DNA of 19,092 bases from Fonticula alba ATCC 38817 (Eukaryota; Protista; Nucleariida), in the NCBI GenBank assembly GCA_000388065.2, contig KB932208.1; one strand, 5' to 3'. The translations under genes and the position numbers were made by a program. Positions 9,567 through 19,063 of the stretch are shown here, piece after piece (the stretch's first letter is position 1; the number at the start of each line of letters is the position of its first letter). The notes under the pieces were generated by a model, which saw nothing but the letters and a program-made list of their open reading frames with translations, was not told where the DNA came from and ran no database searches.

Positions 9567-10812
9567 GACGCGAGAGGGCACGCGGAAAGGGAGTGTAAGA
9601 GACAGCCAACATGAAGATGAAGGGCCCTCGATAGGGGAGGGAGGGGGGGGGGGAGCGGAAGGATCGAGGGCGGCCTGCCCAGCGACACACCTTCCCTTTA
9701 GGGAGATGAAGATGCTCCCTGAGCCGGAGCCGACATCGACAATCGGAGGGTCGGGGAAGGCAGACAGCAAGACGGTGCCGAGATTGGCCGCCGGCGAGCC
9801 GGGCGCGGCCGATGGGCTGGTCAGGTCGGCCCAGCGCCGGGCAATGTCGGCCGCAAGGGTCCGGCGAACGGCGAGGCCCTGCAGGGCACGTTCGGCCGCG
9901 TCGAGCAGCAGATTGGCGGAGCTGGCCGGCTGGCGAGGCTCCGGGGGGCTGACGCCTGCCCGGCCCCCGCGGGCCAGGGAGGCGTGCGATCCGTGTGCGA
10001 CCAGGCGCCGGCTGACCGTCACCGGGACCGTGTGTCGCCAGAGGGCCAGGCCGGGGGAGCCGTCGCGGGCGATGGCCGGGCGAAAAATCAGACAGGGGCT
10101 GACATGTCCAGAGCCGGGGCCGGCTGCCGGCAAGTCGCCGAGGAAGCCAACAAGGACACGCCCATGGCCGGCCTGGCGGACCACGCGTCCGGAGAGAGCC
10201 GACAATTGAAGGCGACTTTGCTGGAGCGCGCGCCGGCGGGGGGCCTCGTGGTAGGGGGCGAAGACGCGTCGCAGCAGATCCGGCCGGGCAAAGAGGGCCC
10301 GTGTGGTCGAGGCATTGGCCGGTGGCTGGGGCTGCCTGGACCGGGTCAGGCGCTGGGCCTCCTGCAGAACCACATCCGCCAGGGTGGTGGGTGTTTGGCG
10401 GGCGGAGCGAAGCGGGCGTCCGGGTGTCGGCAGGGGGGAATCCCCCTGGAATGCGCGCAAGGTCCCCTCCGGGCGGTGGTGAAACCCGAGGGCACCGATG
10501 CGTTGGACCAACTCCGCGCGATAGCGGGTGTATGCGATGGCGGTGGCCCGGAGGCGCTCCTGCGAGGCGTCATCCAACTCCGACGTGGTCAGGAGCTCGG
10601 ACAAACTGCCGGAAGGGGGGAGCCGCACAGGCGAGAGGGGCATGCCGGATGTCAGAGGGCCGGAGAGAGGGGGGGCGGGGGGGAAATGCGAGAGAAGGGG
10701 AGTCCCGGGCGGAATGGTCCATTCGTGCGCACTCCTGGGTTTGCTGCTCGAGGAGGCCGAGAAAGCGCAGGGAGAAACGAGTGGTGCCGCGATCCGTCGA
10801 ATAGTAGTTCAT
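9288..10812 (-). CDS. CENP-O/Mcm21-like kinetochore protein (double-RWD type); model complement(join(9288..9507,9691..10605,10733..10812)), about 404 aa; alternative start ATG 10643
   Basis: Long ORF 9288..10643 with LQLSALSGR (cf. CENP-O TGLSGK), LALWRHTVPVTV (cf. LRIHHHSVPVFIPL), a helix LLDAAERALQGLAVRR (cf. FL..L..YLNAY..R..Q) and RLDITLRFDSDSSTYRPSEVDVRV (cf. ARLLYKD.TATLP.DV.V). An in-frame 183-nt intron GTGTGT(9690)...TTCCAG(9508) removes the poly-Pro stretch. A likely upstream exon starts at GCCATG 10812, with intron GTGCGC(10732)...GGCAG(10606) keeping frame. The coding call is firm; the family call is moderate. Confidence 0.55.
9526..9564 (+). repeat. G39 homopolymer (C39 on the sense strand of the intron); G-quadruplex-capable
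   Basis: Read directly; lies inside the predicted 9508..9690 intron. Confidence 0.9.
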
Positions 10813-13018
10813 GGCTTCAGAAGGGCCGGCGAGGGAGGCCGAGCGGAGGGGGCGCGCGCCAGAGGGGAGGGGAAACAAGGTACGGGGTGGTGTGGACGGC
10901 AAATGTTTGGGGGGGGGGGAGGGGGGGGAGGGGACCGGGGGGCCGGGGAGGAGAGCATCTTGGCGACAACGCGATCGGAAGGCCGCCCCCGGTGGGAGGG
11001 ACGCACGGTTTCTGAAATGGGCTAGCGGGGGAGCGCCGATGGGTGCCGGATCATGTGCCATACTGTGACCCCGACGCATGATCAGTCCCATCATTGACTT
11101 TCACGTTCGGCGCCCGCCCCCCAATCTTTAGCTCTGGGAAAAGCGGGGCGGGGCCGGGCCCTCCGCACGCCACAAGGGAACGGCCGAGGGAGAGTATCCC
11201 AGGCTTGGGACGGCCTGCGGGCGGGGAACGGGGGTGTGGACGCGCGGCGGCGGGCGGCCCAGAAAAAGGGAGAATGAAGACTGGGCACGTTCGGGGGGGG
11301 GGGGGGGGAGAAGGGGATGCGAGCACAGGCATGTTTATATTTTGATTCATTTCTCCATGTATTGGACTTCTTGCTGCCGGCAGTGTCAACTGTGGTGGAA
11401 ATATGTAACGGTTGGAGGATTCCCCGGCGGGGGGGGGCCGAGAGAAAGGCGAGGCTCCCCTGCGGCGAGGCGCCAGTCCACCCGGTTCCCATTCTGCGGG
11501 GGGTTCTCCCTCGGGGGGTTCTGGCGTCCTCGTCCCTGGCGCGCCCCCTGCCCTGGAGGGAGGCGGGGCGAACGGCCGTGCCGCTAGTCTCCATGCGTGA
11601 ACGGGCAGTCAGAGAAGGGGGCCGCCGGGGGGGGGGGGGGCAGTCAGTCACGCACCTGCTCGCGCGCGCGCGCGCGTGCGCGCCGCGCCCCCCCGCCCCC
11701 GCCAGCATGGGCCTGCTTCTGTGGGTGTGTATATGTGTGTTCTTTCGCCCTCGGCCTTCCGTCCGGAGGTGGTGCGGGCGGCCCGGGCGGGGATCGTGCG
11801 CCGCCTGGGAGAAAGCCCTGGGGGAATTGGGTCCGCTCCTTCCCGGTGGCTGTCCGGGCGAGTGTGGAGTCCCCCGGCGCCCCCCCCCCCCCCCCCCCCC
11901 ATGTGAGAGGAGCCACCGGCCGACATGTTTTCCCTGGCCCGATGCCTCCTGTGGCCTTCTTTCGGCGCCGGGGTGCGGGGCCCTGTCGGATAAAATTGCT
12001 CACGCGCTCCTTCGAGAGTACCCATGCGCTCGTGGCCGCGGCTTTCCCCGACCCAGCCGAGAGGGCGCCGGGAGCCACTGTTGCCCTGTCGGGCGCAGGC
12101 CTCCACCTGCCAAGCCTCCTGACTGGCGGCGGCCGGGCATCTTTCCCCCCCCCCCGCCCCGCCCGAGGACAGGGGGTGCTCCGTAAGACCGCGCGCGCGC
12201 ACGCAGTGGCCTCCTCTGGGCTCGCTGGGCCATTTTTCCTCCCCGACCCCTCATCCAAGTCCCGAGGAGCCCTGCATTGTGTGTGCCTCTCCCCCTCGGG
12301 CAAGAGCAAACACGCGCACCATCTCTAGTTGAGAGCCGGGGCAATCGGTCCCCCCTGGCCCAGTCGAGGCCCTGCGCGGTTCCGGAATGCCACCGCGGCC
12401 CAAGACTCTGGTTGGGCGAGGCAAAGGGACAGGGGGGCGCGGGGGGGGGGGGGCCGAGGGCATGAGGGCCCGCGCACACTGCGTCTGAGGCCTGCTGTTG
12501 AAGCGCGCGCGTTGTGGGCGCGGATTTGTGTCAACTCCCGGCAGGGGGGGAGCAAGCCGCCGCCCCCCCCCGCCGTCAGGAGCGCGAGTGGGTGCGGGTG
12601 TGCGAGTGTGCGCAGAAGGAGCGAGGATGGAGTGTGTCATAATACCACCGGATCTCTCTCGCTCTCATCCCCGGGGGCTGTGCGCAGCAAGCCCCTCGTG
12701 GTGGGCTCAAGAGGCTCCACGCCAGACTGGGCAGCCCTGGAACTGGCGCTTCAGCCGCCTCCCTTTCTAGACTTTCCGCCTTTTCCCCGCCCCCCTCTCT
12801 TTCCCCCCTCTCCCCCTTTCCTCCCTCCCCATTTGGCCCGGGCCAGTCAGCCAAGCAACGTGCGCCCCCCCCCCTGCTTCCCTTGCTCGCTCGCTCGCGC
12901 GCTCTCTCCCTTTCCCATGGGCACACGCACATATGCGTGCTGGCTCTGCTGTGGTGTCACATTCTTTCCGCCCCCTTCTGTCGGATTGTCGCTTACCTCT
13001 CTTCTCCTCCCTCCCTCC

Positions 13019-13036
13019 CTCTCTCTCTCTCTCTCT
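13019..13036. repeat. (CT)n microsatellite in the pyrimidine tract upstream of the Stealth gene
   Basis: Read directly. Confidence 0.85.
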
Positions 13037-13117
13037 CCCCTCTGCCCCCTTGTATTCCGCATCCCCCCCCCTCAGTCATAGCGGGTCCGGCCTGCACACA
13101 CCCAGCTGCCATACACC

Positions 13118-14866
13118 ATGCGGCTCGCTCGCCTTCTCGGCCTGCTGCTCATGGGCGTCTTCGTGGTGGTGCTGTTCACGCAGATGATTGTCCTCGTGAA
13201 TACCCCCCCTCCGGGCACAGATGCACCGGTTAAGACCAACCCCCCGGCCGGCGGCACGCACGAGCCGGCCAACGATGCCCATGTTCCCGATGGCCAGCGC
13301 GCCACGGTCGACGGCAAGCCCGGCATCTACCTCAGCAATCCGTCCTACTACAAGGCTGGCAGCAACTCCAATGGCTTCCAGGCGTCGCGGGCCTTCATCC
13401 CGGACGACCTGGTTACCGCGGCCTCCGGCGACTGGGCCTGGGCGGCCAATGTGCCGATTGTGTGCGTTCCCCCCCCCCCCCTGGGTCCTTTCCCTCCCTG
13501 GCTTCTCCCTGGTGCGGTGCTTCTTTGCTGACCGTCTTTTGGTCCTTCCCTCCCCTGCCCGATCTCTCCCCCTGTCGCCACAGCTACACCTGGGTCAATG
13601 GAAGCGACCCCGAGTACCAGGAGATCCGCGCCAAGTATGGCGGCACTCGTTCGGTGGGCGGTTCTCGTGACCGCGATAGCGGAGAGCTCCGCCATTCCTT
13701 CCGCTCGCTTGAGATCTTCGCCCCCTGGTGGAAGGGCCAGATCTTCCTTGTGTATGTGCTGCCTTTCTCCCCCCCCACCCCACCCTCTCCCTCGCCTTCT
13801 CCCATGTGTCGACACGCATGGATATGCAGCATGGTCGCATGCGTGCAGGCATCTCCATGCGCCGACGGCCTCTGAGTGCATCCCATTTCCTGTCCCGCGG
13901 CCAGCTCACTCACTCATGTTGTTCCCCCCCCCCCCCCCCTTCCGCACACATAGCTCCCCCTTTGCCCAGTCTCCTCCCTGGCTCGACCCGCAGCACCCCC
14001 GCGTGACCATCATCGACCAGCACTCGATCATGCGCGACGACGGTGAGCAGCCCACCTTCAACACCAACGCCATCGAGCAGTTCTTCTACCGGATCCCCAA
14101 CATCGGCCCGGTGTTTGTCCACGTGAATGACGACTACTTCTTCGGGTCGCCTCTCTATCCGTGGGACCTGTTCCTGAAGGATGGCGGGTCGAAGCTCTTC
14201 TTCGAGCGGTCCCCCATCCGCGGCACCATCGAGAACCAGCGCTCGTACAAGAAGTCCCGCACCAAGCTCTGGGTGGCCTCCGTGTACCACACCAAGTGGC
14301 TGATGGACGAGTACTACAAGAAGTCGGTCCCCCTGCACTTCGTCAAGCACTCGCCCTTCGTCTATCAGACGGCCGTGCTCAAGCACCTCCGCGAGAACAT
14401 GCTTCCCGAGCAGTACATCCAGTCTTCCAAGCACCGGTTCCGCCACTGGGATGATGTTCTCACGCCGTTTGCCCATCATGCGGTCATGATGGAGGAGGCC
14501 AGTCTCTTCAACACCACGGCCCAGGTGATGACCTTCGAGGAGCTGGTCCCGCAGATGGCTTTCCTGGTTCTCCGTGACACCACCAAGCCCAATGACCCGA
14601 CCCTGTTGGACATCCTGAACCGTCGCCCGCGCATGTTCGCCATCAATGACAGCTTCAACACCGCGGCCGCCGGGCAGATCCTGCACGACGTCATCAGCGA
14701 GATGTTCCCCTGGGTGTCGAGCTTCGAGATTGACAAGCGCAGCCTCTTCCGCCCGGTGCGGTATGGCATCCCGCTTCCGGTCCCGACCCCTGAGGCTCCG
14801 TCGGCCTCCGAAACTGCCCCGGCTCCCGAGACGGTCAGCCAGAGCGCCAGCCTCCTGGCGGCCTAA
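13118..14866 (+). CDS. Stealth-family hexose/GlcNAc-1-phosphate transferase, type II membrane protein; join(13118..13461,13584..13751,13954..14866), 474 aa
   Basis: N-terminal signal anchor MRLARLLGLLLMGVFVVVLFTQMIVLV. CR1: IVYTWVNGSDP across intron 1 (GTGCGT 13462...CACAG 13583). CR2: RDRDSGELRHSFRSLEIFAPWWKGQIFLV|SPFAQSPPWL...RVTIIDQ...PTFNTNAIE...RIPNI...FVHVNDDYFFG across intron 2 (GTATGT 13752...CATAG 13953). CR3: HFVKHSPF...KHRFRH. CR4: MFAINDS. The joined length of 1425 nt is in frame. Confidence 0.92.
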
Positions 14867-14902
14867 GGTGTGGGCGTGCCGGCATCCCGGTTTATCCCCC
14901 CT

Positions 14903-14914
<12 letters not shown>

Positions 14915-14938
<24 letters not shown>
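14915..14938. repeat. (CT)n microsatellite downstream of the Stealth stop
   Basis: Read directly. Confidence 0.9.
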
Positions 14939-14939
<1 letters not shown>

Positions 14940-15444
14940 CGCCTTTCTGCCATGCCGTGGCGTTCATTCTTTGTTCTGTCCGCGCCGCGCGCCGGCGCAC
15001 ACCGGCGGGGGGACGGCCACAGTGGCGGCAGGGGGCAGCCTCTTCTCGCCTACCTTCCCCCCTCCCCCTCTCCCTTCCCCCCTGTCCTTGTTCCTGCGCC
15101 CGCCTTCGGTGTATCTCTCTTTCCCTCTCCTTTCCTCCCCTCCGCTTTTGCTCCTTTCTCCTTTTCCGCGGCACACGCTGCTCGCGGACTGCGGCTGGTT
15201 GGCGCGGGTGCAAGACACCAGGGCCGATGGAGGAGGGCCATTACGGGAGCACGAGCGGGGCGAGGGGAGGGGACAGCAGGATCGGCCGAGGCAACCCAGT
15301 AGCGACACACACACACACACAGACATCGTAAAAGGCATCCAGGCCGCCCCCTCCTCCCCCTTCCCCTGGCCTCCCCCACTTTTTTTGGCCTCCATAAAGC
15401 GGGGCCGCACTCCGATCCTCGGCCTGGCACCATACATCCCCCCT

Positions 15445-15977
15445 CCCACGTCTCTGGCTCAAGCAGGCGAGTGCTGCCCTCCCTCTGTAGAATACCCACA
15501 TCAGTGTTGATAATGTGCCCTTTTCCTTCTTTTTTCTGGCTGTGTCTTCCCACACATGGCTTCGGGGAGGCCTTCCCCCCGAGGGGGGGGGGGGGGGGTC
15601 AGGCGTCTGGCCGCAAGGGGGGCAGCGGGGAAAAGGCCCGGCCCTGTTTGTCCACTTGTTGCCCCCGGGAGCTGGGTGGGCGGGGGGGGGGGGGAATAGT
15701 GCCGCCACCGGTCGGTCGCTTGTTGCGCGAGGTGTCCGTGCGTGAAACACGCATCGTTGGGACACCCGGCGCTTGGCGCCCGGATCCGGTGGCAGGGCGG
15801 GCGGGGAAATTCAAATCCCGGTCCTAATCACGCGGGCCGCGAGCCTCGGGCCAGGCAAGTTGCCAAACACTCAGTAGACACGCCTCTCGATGGGTGTACA
15901 TGCGTGTGTGCGGACGGCGATTGGCCGCGGCCGGGTGTCTGGATCCAGCATCCGCTGTCCATCGCTCAGCGCCCCCC
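15445..15977 (+). repeat. Source copy of a ~533-bp segment (ALG7 upstream region) repeated at 18530..19063
   Basis: Sequence from cccacgtctctggctcaagcagg to catcgctcagcgcccccc recurs in the same orientation at an offset of about 3085. Confidence 0.93.
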
Positions 15978-16207
15978 TCCCCCCCCCAGACTCCGCGGTC
16001 GCCACTTCGCCCGTGCATATTTGGGATCGTCCTTGGGCGGGCCGGCTGGCGAGGGGATCCGACAAAGCGGGCTTCACCCGGCGACCCCCTCCCCCGCTCC
16101 TCCTCCCCGTGCTCCCCTCGCTCCCCTCCTGCTTGGTCACCTTCTTCGCTGCCCCCCCCCCCCCACCCCACTGTACCTGTCTCCGCCTTCCAGATCGCCC
16201 GGACGCG

Positions 16208-17541
16208 ATGTCCCTCTCATCGACGGCAATCTTGGCCGGGGCGATTGCCATCTGCGCTGGCATCGGCACGCACCGCGCCATCCCCGCCATCCAGGACACC
16301 TTCATGCGGGCGGGCCTCTTCGGCCATGATGTTCATAAGCCCGGTCGCCCGAAGCTGTGCGTGCCCGCCGCTGCTCCGGCTGTTTCGCCGCCCGGGCCAC
16401 CTGCCCGGCTGCTCTCGCGCTCCCGTCCCGGACTAACTCGGCCCTGGGCCATGTCAGCCCCGAGAGTTTGGGCACCGTGGCGGCGGCCATCTACCTGGTG
16501 GCGTTGCTGCTGTTTGTCCCCTTCCTGCCGATCGCTCCGCGCTTCATCGGCGGCAACGGCTGGGCCGAGTGGGCTGCCTCCTCGGAGCTTGCCCACCTGT
16601 CCCTGGCCAAGGTACTTGCCGATGCCGTCGTGCTATCCTGCCCTGCCCCCCCCCCCCGGCTTGGCTGCCCCTTCCCCAACTGCGACTGACTGTCCCCTCC
16701 CCCCGCCGCTCCTCCCTCGCCGCCCCGCCGCGCGCCTGGTGGCCCATCTCCCCCGGGGGCGGGGGGCCCGATAGCTGACCGAGTACCTTGCAGCCCTGTT
16801 GAGCATCGGGTCGATGGCCTTCCTCGGCTTCGCAGACGATGTGCTGGAGCTCCGCTGGAGGCACAAGCTGGCCATGCCAGCCTTGGCCTCGCTCCCATTG
16901 CTGGTGGTCTATTACGCCACGTACAATCACACGGAGGTCCTCCTGCCGCGAGTGGTTCGCCTGGCCGGGCGGCTGGTCCTCGGGGGCGCGGCCCTGCCCG
17001 GGCGCACCGTCCAGCTGGGCCTGCTATACTACCTTTACATGGGTGCCCTGGCGGTCTTCTGCACGAACGCCATCAACATCCTGGCCGGCATCAATGGCCT
17101 GGAGGTGGGCCAGTCGCTGGTGGCCGGCGGGGCCCTGGCGGCGCATCTCCTGTGCCAGCTCTTCCTGCCGGCCGGGTTGCTCGGGGCCGCGGCGGCCAAC
17201 GGCGGCGGCGCCTCCGGCCCGGGGACCACGCTGACCGACGAAAATCACCTCCTGGCCTTGGTGCTGCTGCTGCCCTTCCTCGGGGTGAGCTATGCCCTGT
17301 ACCTGCGCAATCGGACCCCGGCGGCGGTCTTTGTCGGGGACGCGTATTGCTACTTCGCCGGGATGACCCTGGCCGCGTGTGGCATTGTCGGCCATGCGGG
17401 CAAGACCCTCCTGCTCTTTATGCTGCCGCAGGTGTTCAACTTCCTGCTGAGTGCCCCGCAGTTGTTCGGGTTCCTGGAGTGCCCGCGGCATCGAATGCCT
17501 CGCAATGCCGAGGACCCGGATGCCATGGCGGCCGACAGCGC

Positions 17542-17594
<53 letters not shown>

Positions 17595-18022
17595 CCGGCC
17601 GGCCCCGGCGACCGCTCCTCCTGACGGCCAGCCGGGGGAGTCTGATTACGGCCGGGTCGGCCCGGCGCCTGGGCATTCGCCTGCGACACGCGACGCCGGA
17701 GGATCGGCTGGCGGCCGGGCGCGAGCTGGCGGCCGTCGCGCGCCGGGCTCTGGCCGGCGACCGGGAAATCCTGGCCCGATTGACCTGGCGCAATCGCGTG
17801 GGATTGCACCTGGCGCGCTTGCTCCAGGCCGTCGGCTTGACTCGCATCGATTCGGCCAAGGGGGAGTTCATCAACCTGACCTTGCCGAATTTGATGCTCC
17901 TCCATCGTGGGAACATGGCCGAGGGCGACCTGACCGCGGCCCTTCTCCAGGCGCAGGCCCTGTGGATCGGCTTGGCCTTTGCGATCCGGTATCCGGGCGC
18001 GGCGCTGGCGTACCACACGTGA
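16208..18022 (+). CDS. ALG7: UDP-GlcNAc:dolichyl-phosphate GlcNAc-1-phosphate transferase; join(16208..16356,16458..16611,16775..18022), 516 aa
   Basis: LFGHDVHKPGRPKL|PESLG, LTEYLAALLSIGSMAFLGFADDVLELRWRHKL, FCTNAINILAGINGLEVGQ, VFVGDAYCYFAGMT, KTLLLFMLPQVFNF...PQLFG..ECPRHRMPR, NLTLPNL and FAIRY are all DPAGT1/ALG7 hallmarks, with multiple TM helices. Introns are GTGCGT(16357)...TCAG(16457) and GTACTT(16612)...ATAG(16774). The joined length of 1551 nt is in frame. Confidence 0.95.
16432..16437 (+). promoter_or_regulatory. Branch-point motif ACTAAC in ALG7 intron 1
   Basis: Canonical U2-type branch consensus about 20 nt upstream of the AG at 16456-16457. Confidence 0.7.
17546..17593 (+). 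repeat. (CAG)16 encoding polyglutamine inside ALG7
   Basis: 48-nt perfect CAG run, in frame as Q16. Confidence 0.95.
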
Positions 18023-18214
18023 TCGTCCCCTTCAATATAGACTGCTGTTAGCCGGCCGCGCGCTGTTGTTGGCCGCGCTAGCCGTTGGCCAGGGCCCGGG
18101 CGATCGGGGTGGCGGACGCGGGGGGGGGGGCGGCGGCGGCGGCGGCGGCGGCGCTCGTTGGTAGTCCTGGCAAACGGACGGCCCGGGGCCCGGCAGGGGG
18201 CGGGGGGCGCGAAG

Positions 18215-18529
18215 NNNNNNNNNNNNNNNNNNNNNNNNNNNNNNNNNNNNNNNNNNNNNNNNNNNNNNNNNNNNNNNNNNNNNNNNNNNNNNNNNNNNNN
18301 NNNNNNNNNNNNNNNNNNNNNNNNNNNNNNNNNNNNNNNNNNNNNNNNNNNNNNNNNNNNNNNNNNNNNNNNNNNNNNNNNNNNNNNNNNNNNNNNNNNN
18401 NNNNNNNNNNNNNNNNNNNNNNNNNNNNNNNNNNNNNNNNNNNNNNNNNNNNNNNNNNNNNNNNNNNNNNNNNNNNNNNNNNNNNNNNNNNNNNNNNNNN
18501 NNNNNNNNNNNNNNNNNNNNNNNNNNNNN
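18215..18529. other. Assembly gap (N run)
   Basis: N characters. Confidence 0.99.
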
Positions 18530-19063
18530 CCCACGTCTCTGGCTCAAGCAGGCGAGTGCTGCCCCCCTATATAAAAAACCCCCATCAGTGTTGATAATGT
18601 GCCCTTTTCCTTCTTTTTTCTGGCTGTGTCTTCCCACACATGGCTTCGGGGAGGCCTTCCCCCCGGGGGGGGGGGGGGGGGGGTCAGGCGTCTGGCCGCA
18701 AGGGGGGCAGCGGGGAAAAGGCCCGGCCCTGTTTGTCCACTTGTTGCCCCCGGGAGCTGGGTGGGCGGGGGGGGGGGGGGAATAGTGCCGCCACCGGTCG
18801 GTCGCTTGTTGCGCGAGGTGTCCGTGCGTGAAACACGCATCGTTGGGACACCCGGCGCTTGGCGCCCGGATCCGGTGGCAGGGCGGGCGGGGAAATTCAA
18901 ATCCCGGTCCTAATCACGCGGGCCGCGAGCCTCGGGCCAGGCAAGTTGCCAAACACTCAGTAGACACGCCTCTCGATGGGTGTACATGCGTGTGTGCGGA
19001 CGGCGATTGGCCGCGGCCGGGTGTCTGGATCCAGCATCCGCTGTCCATCGCTCAGCGCCCCCC
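18530..19063 (+). repeat. Direct duplicate of 15445..15977
   Basis: Near-identical. Differences cluster near the gap edge (ccctccctctgtagaatacccaca vs ccccctatataaaaaaccccca) and in homopolymer lengths. Confidence 0.93.

Noticed and set aside
8524-11015. Plus-strand ORFs 8524..9276 and 9984..11015
   Set aside because: Antisense to the RBM48-like and CENP-O-like genes; low-complexity G/R/A translations.
13910-18016. Minus-strand ORFs 13910..14953 and 17024..18016
   Set aside because: Antisense shadows of the Stealth and ALG7 exons; their poly-L/poly-C runs are the reverse CAG repeat.
13118-18022. Recently transferred bacterial capsule operon (Stealth plus WecA-like)
   Set aside because: Both genes have spliceosomal introns, the transferase has eukaryotic ALG7 motifs (LRWRHK, CPRHR), and the Stealth protein has a eukaryotic type II anchor.
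18568-18578. TATATAAAAAA as a TATA box
   Set aside because: Present only in the duplicate copy beside the gap, where the other copy reads tctgtagaata. Probably low-quality base calls.
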